A stretch of DNA of 64,000 nucleotides, from positions 12,946 through 76,945 of the forward strand of contig JAFYMG010000004.1 of assembly GCA_017556705.1 (NCBI GenBank). Reading direction: 5' to 3'. The DNA comes from Paludibacteraceae bacterium. Lineage in GTDB: Bacteria > Bacteroidota > Bacteroidia > Bacteroidales > Paludibacteraceae. A program made the position numbers and the translations under genes. Of this stretch, positions 27,783-37,900 are shown one piece after another. The notes below the pieces were generated by a model, which worked only from the letters and a program-made list of their open reading frames with translations, was not told where the DNA came from and ran no database searches. Position 1 is the first letter of the stretch; every line of letters starts with the position of its first letter.

Positions 27783-28720
27783 TGCGCGTTATCATAGACA
27801 AGGACATACCTTTTTTGAATGAAGTATTCCCTCTTGATATAGAGGTGCTTCACCTTGCTCCCGAAGAAATCACTTCACAAACCGTTCGTGATGCAGATGC
27901 GCTCTTTGTGCGTACGCGCACGCGAATAGATAAGGAATTATTAGAAGGTAGCCGTGTGCGTTTCGTGGCTACTGCCACGATTGGTTTTGATCATATTGAC
28001 CAAAGCTACTGCCGCGAAGCAGGTGTCACTTGGGTTTCCTGCCCTGGTTGCAATGCACAAGCGGTTTGCGACTATGTGGAAGAAGCTATTTCCTCAGTCA
28101 AAACCAATCGTACCGACCTTATTGTTGGCGTCGTGGGTTATGGACATGTTGGCAAACTCGTGTCACAAATGGCTCAGAGCAAAGGATATAAGGTGCTCCT
28201 TTCTGATCCGCCTCTGGGTGTTGGGTTATCGCTTGCTGAATTAGCACCGCAATGCGATGTCTTGACTTTCCATACTCCTCTTACCAATAATGGTGACCAT
28301 CCAACGTATCATCTCTGTAATGCGGATATATTGCGCTTATGTAAGCCCAATACTTTGATTATCAATGCTGCACGAGGTGGGGTGGTGGACGAACAAGCCC
28401 TTGTCTCTTGCCTCTCTCGCCTATCTACCGCCATTGACTGCTGGGAGGGCGAACCACAACTCAATTATGAGTTGCTCCAACTCGTGGATTTGGCATCATT
28501 TCATATTGCGGGATACTCTATCGCGGGCAAAATGCGAGCAAGTGAGATGTGTTTGGAGGCTTTTTGCAAATTTTTCTCGCTTCCGATTTTGTCAATCAAT
28601 AAAAAAGTAGTACCTTTGCACGGTGATTCGGCGCCTGGGTGGCTGCGGCGTATTTCCAATGAACTTAAGGCACAGCCCGAGCACTTTGAACAATTACGTA
28701 AACAATATAAATTAAGATAA
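27782..28720 (+). CDS. pdxB: 4-phosphoerythronate dehydrogenase-like D-2-hydroxyacid dehydrogenase
   Basis: N-terminus [14 protein letters not shown] as in PdxB, Rossmann motif [10 protein letters not shown], and NAARGGVVD. The ATG overlaps the panC stop (ATTGATG). Confidence 0.7.
   Translation: MRVIIDKDIPFLNEVFPLDIEVLHLAPEEITSQTVRDADALFVRTRTRIDKELLEGSRVRFVATATIGFDHIDQSYCREAGVTWVSCPGCNAQAVCDYVEEAISSVKTNRTDLIVGVVGYGHVGKLVSQMAQSKGYKVLLSDPPLGVGLSLAELAPQCDVLTFHTPLTNNGDHPTYHLCNADILRLCKPNTLIINAARGGVVDEQALVSCLSRLSTAIDCWEGEPQLNYELLQLVDLASFHIAGYSIAGKMRASEMCLEAFCKFFSLPILSINKKVVPLHGDSAPGWLRRISNELKAQPEHFEQLRKQYKLR
28611..28618 (+). promoter_or_regulatory. -7 promoter box TACCTTTG inside the pdxB 3' end (candidate proS promoter)
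   Basis: Perfect TAnnTTTG about 100 nt upstream of the proS ATG at 28720. Confidence 0.45.
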
Positions 28721-30198
28721 TGGCAAGCTTTCAAAAACTCACCCCTCGAGCTACAGACTACTCGAAGTGGTACAACGAACTAGTAGTAAAAGCAGACTTG
28801 GCTGAACAATCAGCTGTGCGCGGATGTATGGTCATCAAACCATACGGTTATGCAATTTGGGAAACTATCCAAGCCGAATTAGATCGTCGTTTCAAAGAGA
28901 ACGGCGTGAAGAATGCCTATTTCCCATTGCTTATCCCTAAGTCTTTCCTTAGCCGCGAGGCAGAGCACGTAGAGGGTTTTGCCAAAGAGTGCGCTGTGGT
29001 TACCCACCACCGCCTCATGAACGACCCAGAGGGTAAGGGCGTTGTAGTGGATCCTAAAGCACGCCTCGAAGAGGAGCTTATCATTCGTCCTACTTCTGAG
29101 ACTATCATCTGGTCTACCTACAAGAACTGGATCTCGTCTTACCGCGACCTGCCTATCCTCTGCAACCAATGGTGCAACGTAATGCGTTGGGAGATGCGTA
29201 CTCGTCTTTTCTTGCGTACTGCTGAGTTCCTCTGGCAAGAGGGCCACACTGCACACGCTACCAAAGAGGAAGCAGAGAATTACGCCGCTACCATGCTTGA
29301 TGTATATGCTGACTTTGCAGAGAAAGTAATGGCTATTCCAGTTGTGAAAGGTGTGAAATCTCCAAACGAGCGTTTCGCAGGTGCCTTGAATACTTACTCT
29401 ATCGAGGCAATGATGCAAGATGGTAAGGCACTTCAAGCTGGTACAAGTCACTTCTTGGGTCAAAACTTCGCTAAGTCTTTTGATGTGACTTTCCTCAACA
29501 AGGAGAATAAATTTGAGTATGTTTGGGCTACTTCTTGGGGTGTTTCTACTCGTCTTATGGGTGCGCTCATCATGACTCACTCAGACGACAACGGTCTTGT
29601 TCTTCCTCCAAATCTTGCTCCTACTCAAGTGGTTATCGTGCCTATCTTTAAGAAGCAAGAGCAATTGGATGAGTTGATGGCCAAACTCAATCCATTGGCA
29701 GACGAGTTAAAGAAACTCGGTATCCGCGTACAAGTGGACGCAAGCGACAAGGCTACTCCTGGCTTTAAGTTTGCTGAGTACGAGCTCAAGGGTGTACCTT
29801 TGCGCATTGCGATGGGTGGTCGTGACTTGGAGAATGGTACTGTAGAGCTCGCTCGTCGTGATACCTTGACCAAGGAGACTGTTGCATTTGACGGTATTGT
29901 GGAGACTATCCAAAACTTGCTCAAGGAGATTCAAGATAATATCTACCAAAAAGCCCTTAACTTCCGTCTTGAGAACACCCGCGAGGTGGATACTTGGGAG
30001 GACTTCAAAGAGGAGATAAAGAAACCAGGCTTCTTGCTTTGCCACTGGGACGGTACTCCAGAGACTGAGGAGAAGATCAAGGCTGAGACCAAGGCTACTA
30101 TCCGCTGTATTCCTTTGGAGGGAGACAAAACCCCTGGCAAGTGTATCTATACAGGCAAACCAAGTAGCCAACGCGTCATCTTTGCTATTGCATATTGA
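28720..30198 (+). CDS. proS: Proline--tRNA ligase (archaeal/eukaryote-like type)
   Basis: [22 protein letters not shown] start, class II motifs, and a C-terminal zinc-binding-type domain ending in AY. Confidence 0.95.
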   Translation: MASFQKLTPRATDYSKWYNELVVKADLAEQSAVRGCMVIKPYGYAIWETIQAELDRRFKENGVKNAYFPLLIPKSFLSREAEHVEGFAKECAVVTHHRLMNDPEGKGVVVDPKARLEEELIIRPTSETIIWSTYKNWISSYRDLPILCNQWCNVMRWEMRTRLFLRTAEFLWQEGHTAHATKEEAENYAATMLDVYADFAEKVMAIPVVKGVKSPNERFAGALNTYSIEAMMQDGKALQAGTSHFLGQNFAKSFDVTFLNKENKFEYVWATSWGVSTRLMGALIMTHSDDNGLVLPPNLAPTQVVIVPIFKKQEQLDELMAKLNPLADELKKLGIRVQVDASDKATPGFKFAEYELKGVPLRIAMGGRDLENGTVELARRDTLTKETVAFDGIVETIQNLLKEIQDNIYQKALNFRLENTREVDTWEDFKEEIKKPGFLLCHWDGTPETEEKIKAETKATIRCIPLEGDKTPGKCIYTGKPSSQRVIFAIAY

Positions 30199-31007
30199 TG
30201 CGTATGCTCAACGCGTCCATCGTACTATATCACCCTGATTGGCAACAAGTAACTGATTTAACGGAGGTTATCTTGCAATCCAACTATGTACATCGCGTTT
30301 TTTGGATTGATAATTCTCCTTCTCCACAATCTCCTGAATCACTAGATTCACGCATAGAATATCGCCATAATCCATATAACATGGGTTATGGCGCTGCTCA
30401 TAATATAGCTATCCGCGAGAGTATTTATGATGATATTCCATATCATCTAGTGATCAATCCAGATATTATTCTGACCAAGGATGCCTTAGAAACTATGTTG
30501 CTATTCATCAAGCAACATCCTGAAGTAGGCTCTCTGATGCCTAAAGTAACATATCCTGATGGGCGACTACAACACCTTTGCAAACTCCTTCCAACCCCTT
30601 GGGATGTGTTTGGCAGAAGATTCTTGCCCAAAAGATGGATGGAGAAGAACAACCAAACCTACGAGATGCATCGCTCGGGCTACGACAAGCTGATGAACAT
30701 CCCTTATCTCAGCGGTTGCTTTATGCTGCTGCGCACACAAGCGGTGCAAAAAGCGCGTTTGTTCGATGAGCGATTCTTTATGTATCCAGAGGATATGGAT
30801 CTCACGCGCCGTATACATCGCGATTATTTGACTGTTTTCTTTCCGCATGCTACCATCATTCACAATCATGAAAAGGCGTCCTATAAATCGCTGAAGATGC
30901 TGTGGATTCACATGGTCAATATGTGTCGATATTTCAATAAATGGGGTTGGTTCTACGATCCAGAGCGTCAGCTATTCAACCAAACCGCCATCCGCGAATA
31001 CCTATAA
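30198..31007 (+). CDS. Glycosyltransferase family 2 protein
   Basis: SIVLYHPD...WIDNSP and the DED-type YPEDMDL motif. The ATG overlaps the proS stop. Confidence 0.75.
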   Translation: MRMLNASIVLYHPDWQQVTDLTEVILQSNYVHRVFWIDNSPSPQSPESLDSRIEYRHNPYNMGYGAAHNIAIRESIYDDIPYHLVINPDIILTKDALETMLLFIKQHPEVGSLMPKVTYPDGRLQHLCKLLPTPWDVFGRRFLPKRWMEKNNQTYEMHRSGYDKLMNIPYLSGCFMLLRTQAVQKARLFDERFFMYPEDMDLTRRIHRDYLTVFFPHATIIHNHEKASYKSLKMLWIHMVNMCRYFNKWGWFYDPERQLFNQTAIREYL

Positions 31008-31020
31008 TTCACTCAAAATA

Positions 31021-31073
31021 CCACAAAAGGGGCTACCTTTTGACAGGCAGCCCCACTATATTGTGGTTTTTTT
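31021..31073 (+). terminator. Hairpin terminator between the GT2 gene and rpsT
   Basis: Nested stems ccacaa/ttgtgg and ggggct/agcccc, followed by ttttttt. Confidence 0.65.
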
Positions 31074-31085
31074 AAAGTACGCTAA

Positions 31086-31337
31086 TTAGAGAGCGTTAGT
31101 GTGCAAAGCCAAGCTAGACTTCAAGTTAGCAGCTTTGTTGCGGTGGATGATGTTGCGTTTAGCCAACTTATCCAACATTGAGCTTACCTTTGGAAGGAGA
31201 GCCTCTGCAGCTGCTTTGTCAGTAGTAGCACGCAATACGCGAACGGCGTTGCGAGTAGTCTTTGCATAATAGTGGTTGTGAGCCTTACGAGTAGCCGTTT
31301 GGCGAATGCGCTTCAAAGATGATTTATGATTTGCCAT
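31086..31337 (-). CDS. rpsT: 30S ribosomal protein S20
   Basis: [13 protein letters not shown] start and a basic helical protein of 83 aa. Confidence 0.95.
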   Translation of the reverse strand: MANHKSSLKRIRQTATRKAHNHYYAKTTRNAVRVLRATTDKAAAEALLPKVSSMLDKLAKRNIIHRNKAANLKSSLALHTNAL

Positions 31338-31383
31338 CTCTTAAATGTAATGTAATTTAGTTGTTATACTTTATCGTTATTTG

Positions 31384-31455
31384 TAGTGCCACGGGGAATC
31401 GAACCCCGCTTTAGAGAATGAAAATCTCTTGTCCTAACCGATAGACGATGGCACC
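31384..31455 (-). tRNA. tRNA-Glu (anticodon TTC)
   Basis: Reverse complement reads GGTGCCATCGTCTATCGGTTAGGAC AAGAGA TTTTCAT TCTCT...GCGGGGTTCGATTCCCCG TGGCACT A. Confidence 0.9.
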
Positions 31456-31485
31456 TTTTTCTCCACTATGGGCGAAAATCGGGTG

Positions 31486-31493
31486 CAAAATTA
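31486..31493 (-). promoter_or_regulatory. -7 promoter box TAATTTTG (tRNA-Glu/rpsT)
   Basis: TAnnTTTG match 31 nt upstream of the tRNA 5' end. Confidence 0.5.
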
Positions 31494-31576
31494 CTGCTTT
31501 TTTTTCATATGACCAAATATTTTCAAGGAAAAAGCATATTTTTTCCAAAAAAATTGCATATTTCGTCAGAAAGTAG

Positions 31577-31584
31577 TACCTTTG
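31577..31584 (+). promoter_or_regulatory. -7 promoter box TACCTTTG (OMP gene)
   Basis: TAnnTTTG match 25 nt upstream of ATG 31609. Confidence 0.55.
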
Positions 31585-31608
31585 TAGCCTAAAAATAACT
31601 ACAAAACA

Positions 31609-32379
31609 ATGAAGAAGCACATATTTTGTCTAATCCTTTTAGCAGCAATGACATCCGTCTATTGTTTGGCTCAAGATACGAAAAATACCTTACCTGATTT
31701 GCAGACATCTGAATCCATTTTCTTTGATCCTACTGCGGAAAAGAAAGTTGAGCCCTATCAGTTTGCCACTCCATGGCGATTGGAGGTGGGATATGCGCAG
31801 CTCAATCACCGTACTCAAGATACATCTGCGTTGTACCTGCATGGTTTGCGTGTAGGTGCTACCGTAGATTTCGTCTTGCCTCATAACTTTAGTATTCAGA
31901 CGGGTGCATTGGCCACGTTTACATATGGTCAAAACAACCAACATTATCCATTGATTTCTGCGGAAAATGCGCAAATAAATATCCTTCAGCACAATATCCT
32001 ACAACTCCAATTGACCGTTCCCGTGCGCGCGTATTATAATATTAAGTTGTGGAAGGAACTTCGCATGTTCTTCTTTGCCGGGCCACAATTGCAGATTGGT
32101 TTGACCAACTACGATATCATTAATAACAAAACCTCTGCCGATGTCACCGCTTGGCTCGAGCAGAATAATGTCCTCACCACCAATCACGACCGCTATATCA
32201 CTCGCGAACTCTACCGAACAAACATCCAATTTGGTTTAGGAGGCGGATTCGAGTGGGACCGCTATCGCCTCCAAGCTGGATACGACTTCGGACTAAACAA
32301 TATTCTTCGTACATCCCTTTTGCCAAAGCAAAAGACCAACGAGTGGGGATGGTTTTGCACCTTCTCTTACCGACTGTAA
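31609..32379 (+). CDS. Outer-membrane beta-barrel (porin-family) protein, hypothetical
   Basis: Signal peptide ending CLAQ, alternating amphipathic beta-strand pattern and an aromatic-rich C-terminus. Confidence 0.55.
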   Translation: MKKHIFCLILLAAMTSVYCLAQDTKNTLPDLQTSESIFFDPTAEKKVEPYQFATPWRLEVGYAQLNHRTQDTSALYLHGLRVGATVDFVLPHNFSIQTGALATFTYGQNNQHYPLISAENAQINILQHNILQLQLTVPVRAYYNIKLWKELRMFFFAGPQLQIGLTNYDIINNKTSADVTAWLEQNNVLTTNHDRYITRELYRTNIQFGLGGGFEWDRYRLQAGYDFGLNNILRTSLLPKQKTNEWGWFCTFSYRL

Positions 32380-32388
32380 TCCTATCAG

Positions 32389-32419
32389 GGTCCCCGAAAA
32401 TCTGTTGATTTTTGGGGAG
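32389..32419. repeat. Palindromic element GGTCCCCGAAAAT-N6-ATTTTTGGGGA
   Basis: 10-bp stem ccccgaaaat/atttttgggg. The 12-mer GGTCCCCGAAAA recurs at 33101-33112 inside the TonB receptor gene. Confidence 0.6.
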
Positions 32420-32539
32420 AGGAAGAACAACGGCAACCCCAACGAACAGAGTGAGTTTATAGTTGCAAGTCCGTTCTGACGAAGCATAATACACCCTAGG
32501 CACAAGCCGAGTGCTTATGGGATATTAGCTAACTATATT

Positions 32540-32612
32540 ATTAACAACGGGGGTGCCTCTCACGGCTGAGATTATACCCTTTGAACCTGGGCAGGTAATG
32601 CTGCTAAGGAAG
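32540..32612 (+). ncRNA. TPP (THI-box) riboswitch
   Basis: GGGGUGC...GGCUGAGA...ACCCUUUGAACCUGGGCAGGUAAUGCUGCUAAGGAAG matches the conserved THI-element cores. It ends 2 nt before the receptor ATG. Confidence 0.88.
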
Positions 32613-32613
32613 T

Positions 32614-34920
32614 ATGAAAAAATTCTCTTTCCTTGTGTCCGCCATCTTGGCGGTGAGTGTTGTTGCATTTGCCAACACCGACACTCTTACCTTCGTTCGC
32701 GAGTTGGACGAAGTAGTCGTTAACGCGCCTGTAGCGCAAGTCACTAACAACCACACCACGCTCAACAATGAGCAGCTCAACCAGAGCAACGCGGGGCAGA
32801 ACCTTCCCTTCTTGCTCGCCTCTACTCCCGCACTCGTGGCTACCAGCGACGACGGACTAGGCATTGGGTACACCTATTTCCGTATCCGAGGCACCGACCA
32901 CACACGCATCAACATGACCCTCAACGATGTGCCGCTCAATGATAGCGAGAGCCAAACCGTCTTCTGGGTCAATATGACCGACATGGCCAGCAGCATGTCC
33001 TCGCTCAATGTCCAGCGCGGCGTAGGCACCTCTACCAACGGCAGCGCCTCCTTCGGCGCCAGCATCAACATGTCCACCGCTTCGCCTCTCGCCCAAGCGG
33101 GGTCCCCGAAAACGCCCGTGGCGTTTGGGGGTGCTCTTCGCCTTTCGCCTGATAGCCTCATCGCCTCATCCGTAGGTATCTCCTTCAACGGCGGCATGTA
33201 CAACACTTTTCGTGAGATGGTAAGTGCGCATATCGCTCTGCCTAAGCAATGGCAAGCCAATGCCCGATTCTCCAAGGTCAACTCCGATGGTTTTCTCTAT
33301 CGTACCACCTCCGACCTTTATTCCTACTATGGCGACCTCGGTTGGTATGGCAACAAAACAGAGGTAGTTGGTCGCTTCTTTGGTGGTAGCGAGAAGACAG
33401 GCATGGGTTGGGATGGTGTAGACTATAATACAGCATATGGTATTGATGGAGCAGACCGCCGCTACAACCCAGCAGGAGAATATACAACGACTGCTGCTGA
33501 CGGATCAGACTCTACAGCCTACTATCCCAATCAAACGGATAACTATGCGCAACAACATGCGCAATTGGCTATAAACCACCGATTTACTTCTCAATGGTCG
33601 CTTTCTGCGACCGCGCACTACACCCATGGCGCAGGCTACTACGAGCAGTACAAACGCAAGAAACTATCCTACTGGGGATTGCCTTATTCGCACAAGGCGT
33701 ATGGTATGTATCGCAAACAGCTGGACAACCATTTCTTTGGCGGAGTCCTGGCAGCTAAATACATCTCCGAACCCGTAGATTTGCAGTTTGGCGGTGCAGC
33801 CAACTACTATCTGGGCGACCACTTCGGCACACTCCACTACCTCGAAGATTCACTTATCATACCTATCAACTACGAATACTATCGCAACAACGCGCGCAAG
33901 ACCGACGCAAATATCTATGCCAAAGCCAATTGGCGCATTATCAACTGCGCTCAGGAGAAACTTTCGCTCTATGCCGACCTCCAATACCGCTATGTGCGTT
34001 ACGAACGCAATGGTATGAACGACGAAGATATGACCGACCTCCCGCTCCAGGTGGATTTCCATTTCTTCAACCCCAAGGCGGGATTGACCTACCAAAACCG
34101 TGGTCACTTACTCGCTGCTTCCTTTGCCATCGCTAACCGCGAACCCAGTCGCAACAACTACAAGGAGAATGTGGTGTATGATGCTGCGACAGGCGAGTAT
34201 ACGGGTTTGCCCCATGCGGAACGACTATACGACTATGAATTGGGCTATACCTATTCCCATCCTCGCTTTGCTGTCGGCGCCAACCTCTACTTCATGGACT
34301 ATGACAACCAACTTGTGCTCACGGGCGAGTACAATGATGTGGGTGCCTATAAGACTAAGAATGTCAAAGACTCCTACCGCATGGGAGCCGAGATTACGGC
34401 GGGTGTGAAGATCACAGATTGGCTGCGTTGGGACGCTAACCTTGTGGCATCACGCAACAAGATCCTCAACTACCACCAGTACATCGATCTCTACGACGAC
34501 CAGGACAACTGGAATTGGGTAGGGCAAGATTCTGTGGTGGGTACTACTACTATCGCTTTCTCACCAACACTTACTGCTTCCTCGCTCTTCACTTTCGATG
34601 TGGCGGGCTTCACAGCTACCGTGCAGACGAATGTGGTAAGCAAGCAGTATTTGGACAATACCGAGGACGAGAACGCCATGCTCCGTGCATATTCCACCAC
34701 GAACCTCAATCTCCAATACCAATTGCCCATGCAACAATGGTGCAAGAAGGATAATGCCCCCGATATCCGCCTATTGTGTCAGATCAATAATATCTTCAAT
34801 GCCAAGTATGCGAATAACGGTGGTGCAGAAGCTAGCCGCTTTATGGACGGCAGCCGCTGTTGTTGGTACTATGCCCAAGCCGGCATCAATGTCCACGCTG
34901 GTTTTACGGTTACCTTCTAA
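32614..34920 (+). CDS. TonB-dependent receptor (thiamine/TPP-regulated outer-membrane transporter)
   Basis: Signal peptide, a plug domain with DEVVV and conserved RIRG/LNDVPLND blocks, and a barrel ending in HAGFTVTF. Preceded by the TPP riboswitch. Confidence 0.9.
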   Translation: MKKFSFLVSAILAVSVVAFANTDTLTFVRELDEVVVNAPVAQVTNNHTTLNNEQLNQSNAGQNLPFLLASTPALVATSDDGLGIGYTYFRIRGTDHTRINMTLNDVPLNDSESQTVFWVNMTDMASSMSSLNVQRGVGTSTNGSASFGASINMSTASPLAQAGSPKTPVAFGGALRLSPDSLIASSVGISFNGGMYNTFREMVSAHIALPKQWQANARFSKVNSDGFLYRTTSDLYSYYGDLGWYGNKTEVVGRFFGGSEKTGMGWDGVDYNTAYGIDGADRRYNPAGEYTTTAADGSDSTAYYPNQTDNYAQQHAQLAINHRFTSQWSLSATAHYTHGAGYYEQYKRKKLSYWGLPYSHKAYGMYRKQLDNHFFGGVLAAKYISEPVDLQFGGAANYYLGDHFGTLHYLEDSLIIPINYEYYRNNARKTDANIYAKANWRIINCAQEKLSLYADLQYRYVRYERNGMNDEDMTDLPLQVDFHFFNPKAGLTYQNRGHLLAASFAIANREPSRNNYKENVVYDAATGEYTGLPHAERLYDYELGYTYSHPRFAVGANLYFMDYDNQLVLTGEYNDVGAYKTKNVKDSYRMGAEITAGVKITDWLRWDANLVASRNKILNYHQYIDLYDDQDNWNWVGQDSVVGTTTIAFSPTLTASSLFTFDVAGFTATVQTNVVSKQYLDNTEDENAMLRAYSTTNLNLQYQLPMQQWCKKDNAPDIRLLCQINNIFNAKYANNGGAEASRFMDGSRCCWYYAQAGINVHAGFTVTF

Positions 34921-34926
34921 AACAAA

Positions 34927-34959
34927 ATCACCTGTGTCTTTCGGCACAGGTGATTTTTG
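34927..34959. terminator. Bidirectional terminator ATCACCTGTG-N-CACAGGTGAT plus T-run
   Basis: 12-bp stem atcacctgtgtc/ggcacaggtgat flanked by A-run and T-run. Lies between convergent genes. Confidence 0.8.
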
Positions 34960-34974
34960 TTAAGGCTATAATAA

Positions 34975-37900
34975 TTATTTCATTTCAATTCCCATGACGG
35001 TATATGTCTTCCCGTTGTGCAGTATCAATAATTGACCTTCGCGGAGGAACTTCTGATAAGAAGATGGGGATGTCGGATTCTCTACTGCTGTTGGGTCTTG
35101 GTTATAAATACAGCCGAAGGTGTCATATTCGGGGTGCGAAGTGGTGTAGAGGCAACTATCTTCGCGCCAAGCACAGAGCATGACGGAGGTTTGTGTTTCG
35201 CTGCCAGCACTTCTGCTTGGGGCAGCGTGAACATCGCTTGTTCGCTTGGCAGTATTGTGCACAATACCGTCAATAGATCCCAAGCCTGCTAACCATACTT
35301 TTTCTGCGTTTGTAGCTGTGGTGGTTTCATCAGGGAAGACAACCTCGAGGAACATTCTGCAAGCTCCATCTTCAGTGGTATCTTTATCAACCACAACATG
35401 GGTGTAGGTGGTTTCTTGAGGGTAGTTGTTGATACCCGCAAAGATTTCGATGGTGTCGCCAGGCTCCGCTGTGAAGTCATAGAGGACATACTCTACTCCG
35501 TCACGGAGGAAGTACACGCGGTTGTCTTCATCTTCGCCGAAATGCAATGCACCTACAAAAGATTTGGTGATAGCCGTATCTTTGGTAGATTGGCGAGCAA
35601 GTTGGTAGTAGGTTTTGTTGTTAGCTACTATGGAGTCGTTCTCCAAGGTATAGCTAAAGGTCTCTGCACGCAGGATAGTTGGGGTACCGTCCATCTCTTT
35701 GGTTTCTACTTCTAACATATTCCATTGAGTAGGCGTTGGTCTGCCACCTATCTTGCCATTCTTTGCATTGTCCTTGCGTGGTCCACGGTCATAATCGCAC
35801 AGGCACTCTGCACCCAAACGCTCCATTTCAGTATCGTCCATTTGGTAGAGAAGTTTATTGTTTTTGCTTACGCAGACGAGATAAGAACCTAAATAACTCA
35901 CAGGAACAGGTAAATGATCCGCAATGTGATGGAAGAATGTTTCGCTCATTGAACCGATACCTTCTACATACACCGTACCATCGCTAAATTTCCAGCGTGT
36001 ATATTCTTTTCCATCCAACAATGTCTCTTTTGATAACTCAGTAACAACCAATGTGTCAATAGGATATGTATAGTCATAATCTGACAGAGGATAGTCCACA
36101 ATTCCTACAATTCCTTCGTATTCGAGGAATTCAGGAGTTACCAAATTTAAAGTGGTCAATGTATCTCCTAACTCCAATGTGAAATCATACAACACCAAAT
36201 CTTTTTTCTGTATTTCGCTATAAACGAGGATTTTGTCATTCTCCTCTCGTAAGTACCAACTTCCCCATTGAAGATAAGGTTTGCCATCCATCATTGTTAT
36301 TTCTTGGCTTGGACCTGTCAGTCCTGATGCCCATTCATCACCTTCTTCGCCATAATAACCACTACAAATAGTCTGCTGCAAGCCCCAGAGTGTTGGGAAG
36401 AGGTCTTCAGGTTTTTGCTCTGCATTATACTCGCATAAGCACTCTGTTTCCAATTGCTCCATCTCGGCATCATCCATCTTGTAGAGGAGTTGACCGTTTT
36501 TGCTGGCGCAAACGAGATGAGAAGCAGTTAGATCTTCCGTAGTGCGTTTATTAGCGATTAACTCGTAGAAATCTCCAGACAAACTGCCTATGCCTTCAGC
36601 ATATTCCATTCCATTGTTGAATGTCCATTTTTTATACTCTTTGCCATCTAACAGGGTAATGGTAGAAACCTCTGTCACGACGAGTGTGTCTCCTGGATAT
36701 ATCGTTCCATCTGCCTCTTTGCGATAATTAACCACATTTAAGATCGAAAGAGGATAGATGGGACCCCAGTCACCTCTGCTAGAATAATCAATGTATAACA
36801 TAGGAAGAGAATCACCTACTTCTAGCGTGAAATCATATAAAACATATTCATAAAGTTCAGTTAAGTTTTTATATGTCCTACTTTCTACGAATATTTTGTT
36901 ATCCCTTTCACGCAAGTACATTTGTGAATGATATAGCGTTGGGAAACTTAAATCTAATACAACTTTTGTAAAGTCTTCTTTTCGTGTCGTATCATTAGTA
37001 CTTCTCTCCTCATGAATTGTTCTGCTTAGTCCTGCTAAAGTTGGAAAATGTTCGTACGTTACTTCACCTGCATTATAGCGACAACCGAGATCTTTATTGT
37101 CGGCATATTTTAATTCGTCATCACGATAAGCGCAGAGAAGGTAGAAGCTAGCACCTCCTACAGTACCATAGTCTTTGGCTAACAAAAAACCATCTGTAGA
37201 ACCAACTCCCTCAATCCATTTTACTGTCGCATATTCTATATATTTATCCTCATATCTATCATATGGATGGAAATATATCGTTTTTAGATTGGTTAGAGAA
37301 TCAACTTCAACATCATAGACTACACCTGGACCTAAGGTGTCACCCACTTGTGCGGTAAAATCATAGACTACACTCTCAGAATTACCAATGGCTCTATATA
37401 CTTTTCTGTCGTCGCCAAAACGAACAGCTCCCATATAATACTCTTGACTTGGATCTGAGGTTAAATAATAAATAACGGTAGAATATAATTTCCCATTAAT
37501 GATCGTATCTCTGTCTAATTTGTATTGCCATGTCTCTTCTGAATCTAATCTCGCCCCGCCAGAATGCTTAAACACATTCCATGTGTTGCACCATTGGGAT
37601 TTGTAGGAAGTTTCTACTTCGCACAGACACTCTGCGCCAAGGCGTTCCATTTCGGCTTCGTCCATTTGGTAGAGGAGTTGACCGTTACGGCTTGCACAGA
37701 CGAGGCGTGTGTCAATATATGTAGCTGGATGTGCTGTGTGTTGTATGCAAAAATAATTACCAAAACCTTCACCATTGATAGCACCTATGCCCTCTATATA
37801 TTCTATTCCACAAGCTAATGTCCATTTCTTATATTTTTTTCCATCCAATAGCGTGATAGTAGAAACATCTGTAACACGAAATACTGCTCCACGACTTTTA

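Noticed and set aside
28879-29580. A 233-aa minus-strand ORF, plus other antisense ORFs within proS and the TonB receptor (32857-34745).
   Set aside because: They are antisense or out of frame to strongly supported genes with high C-ending codon bias. The compositions are not protein-like.
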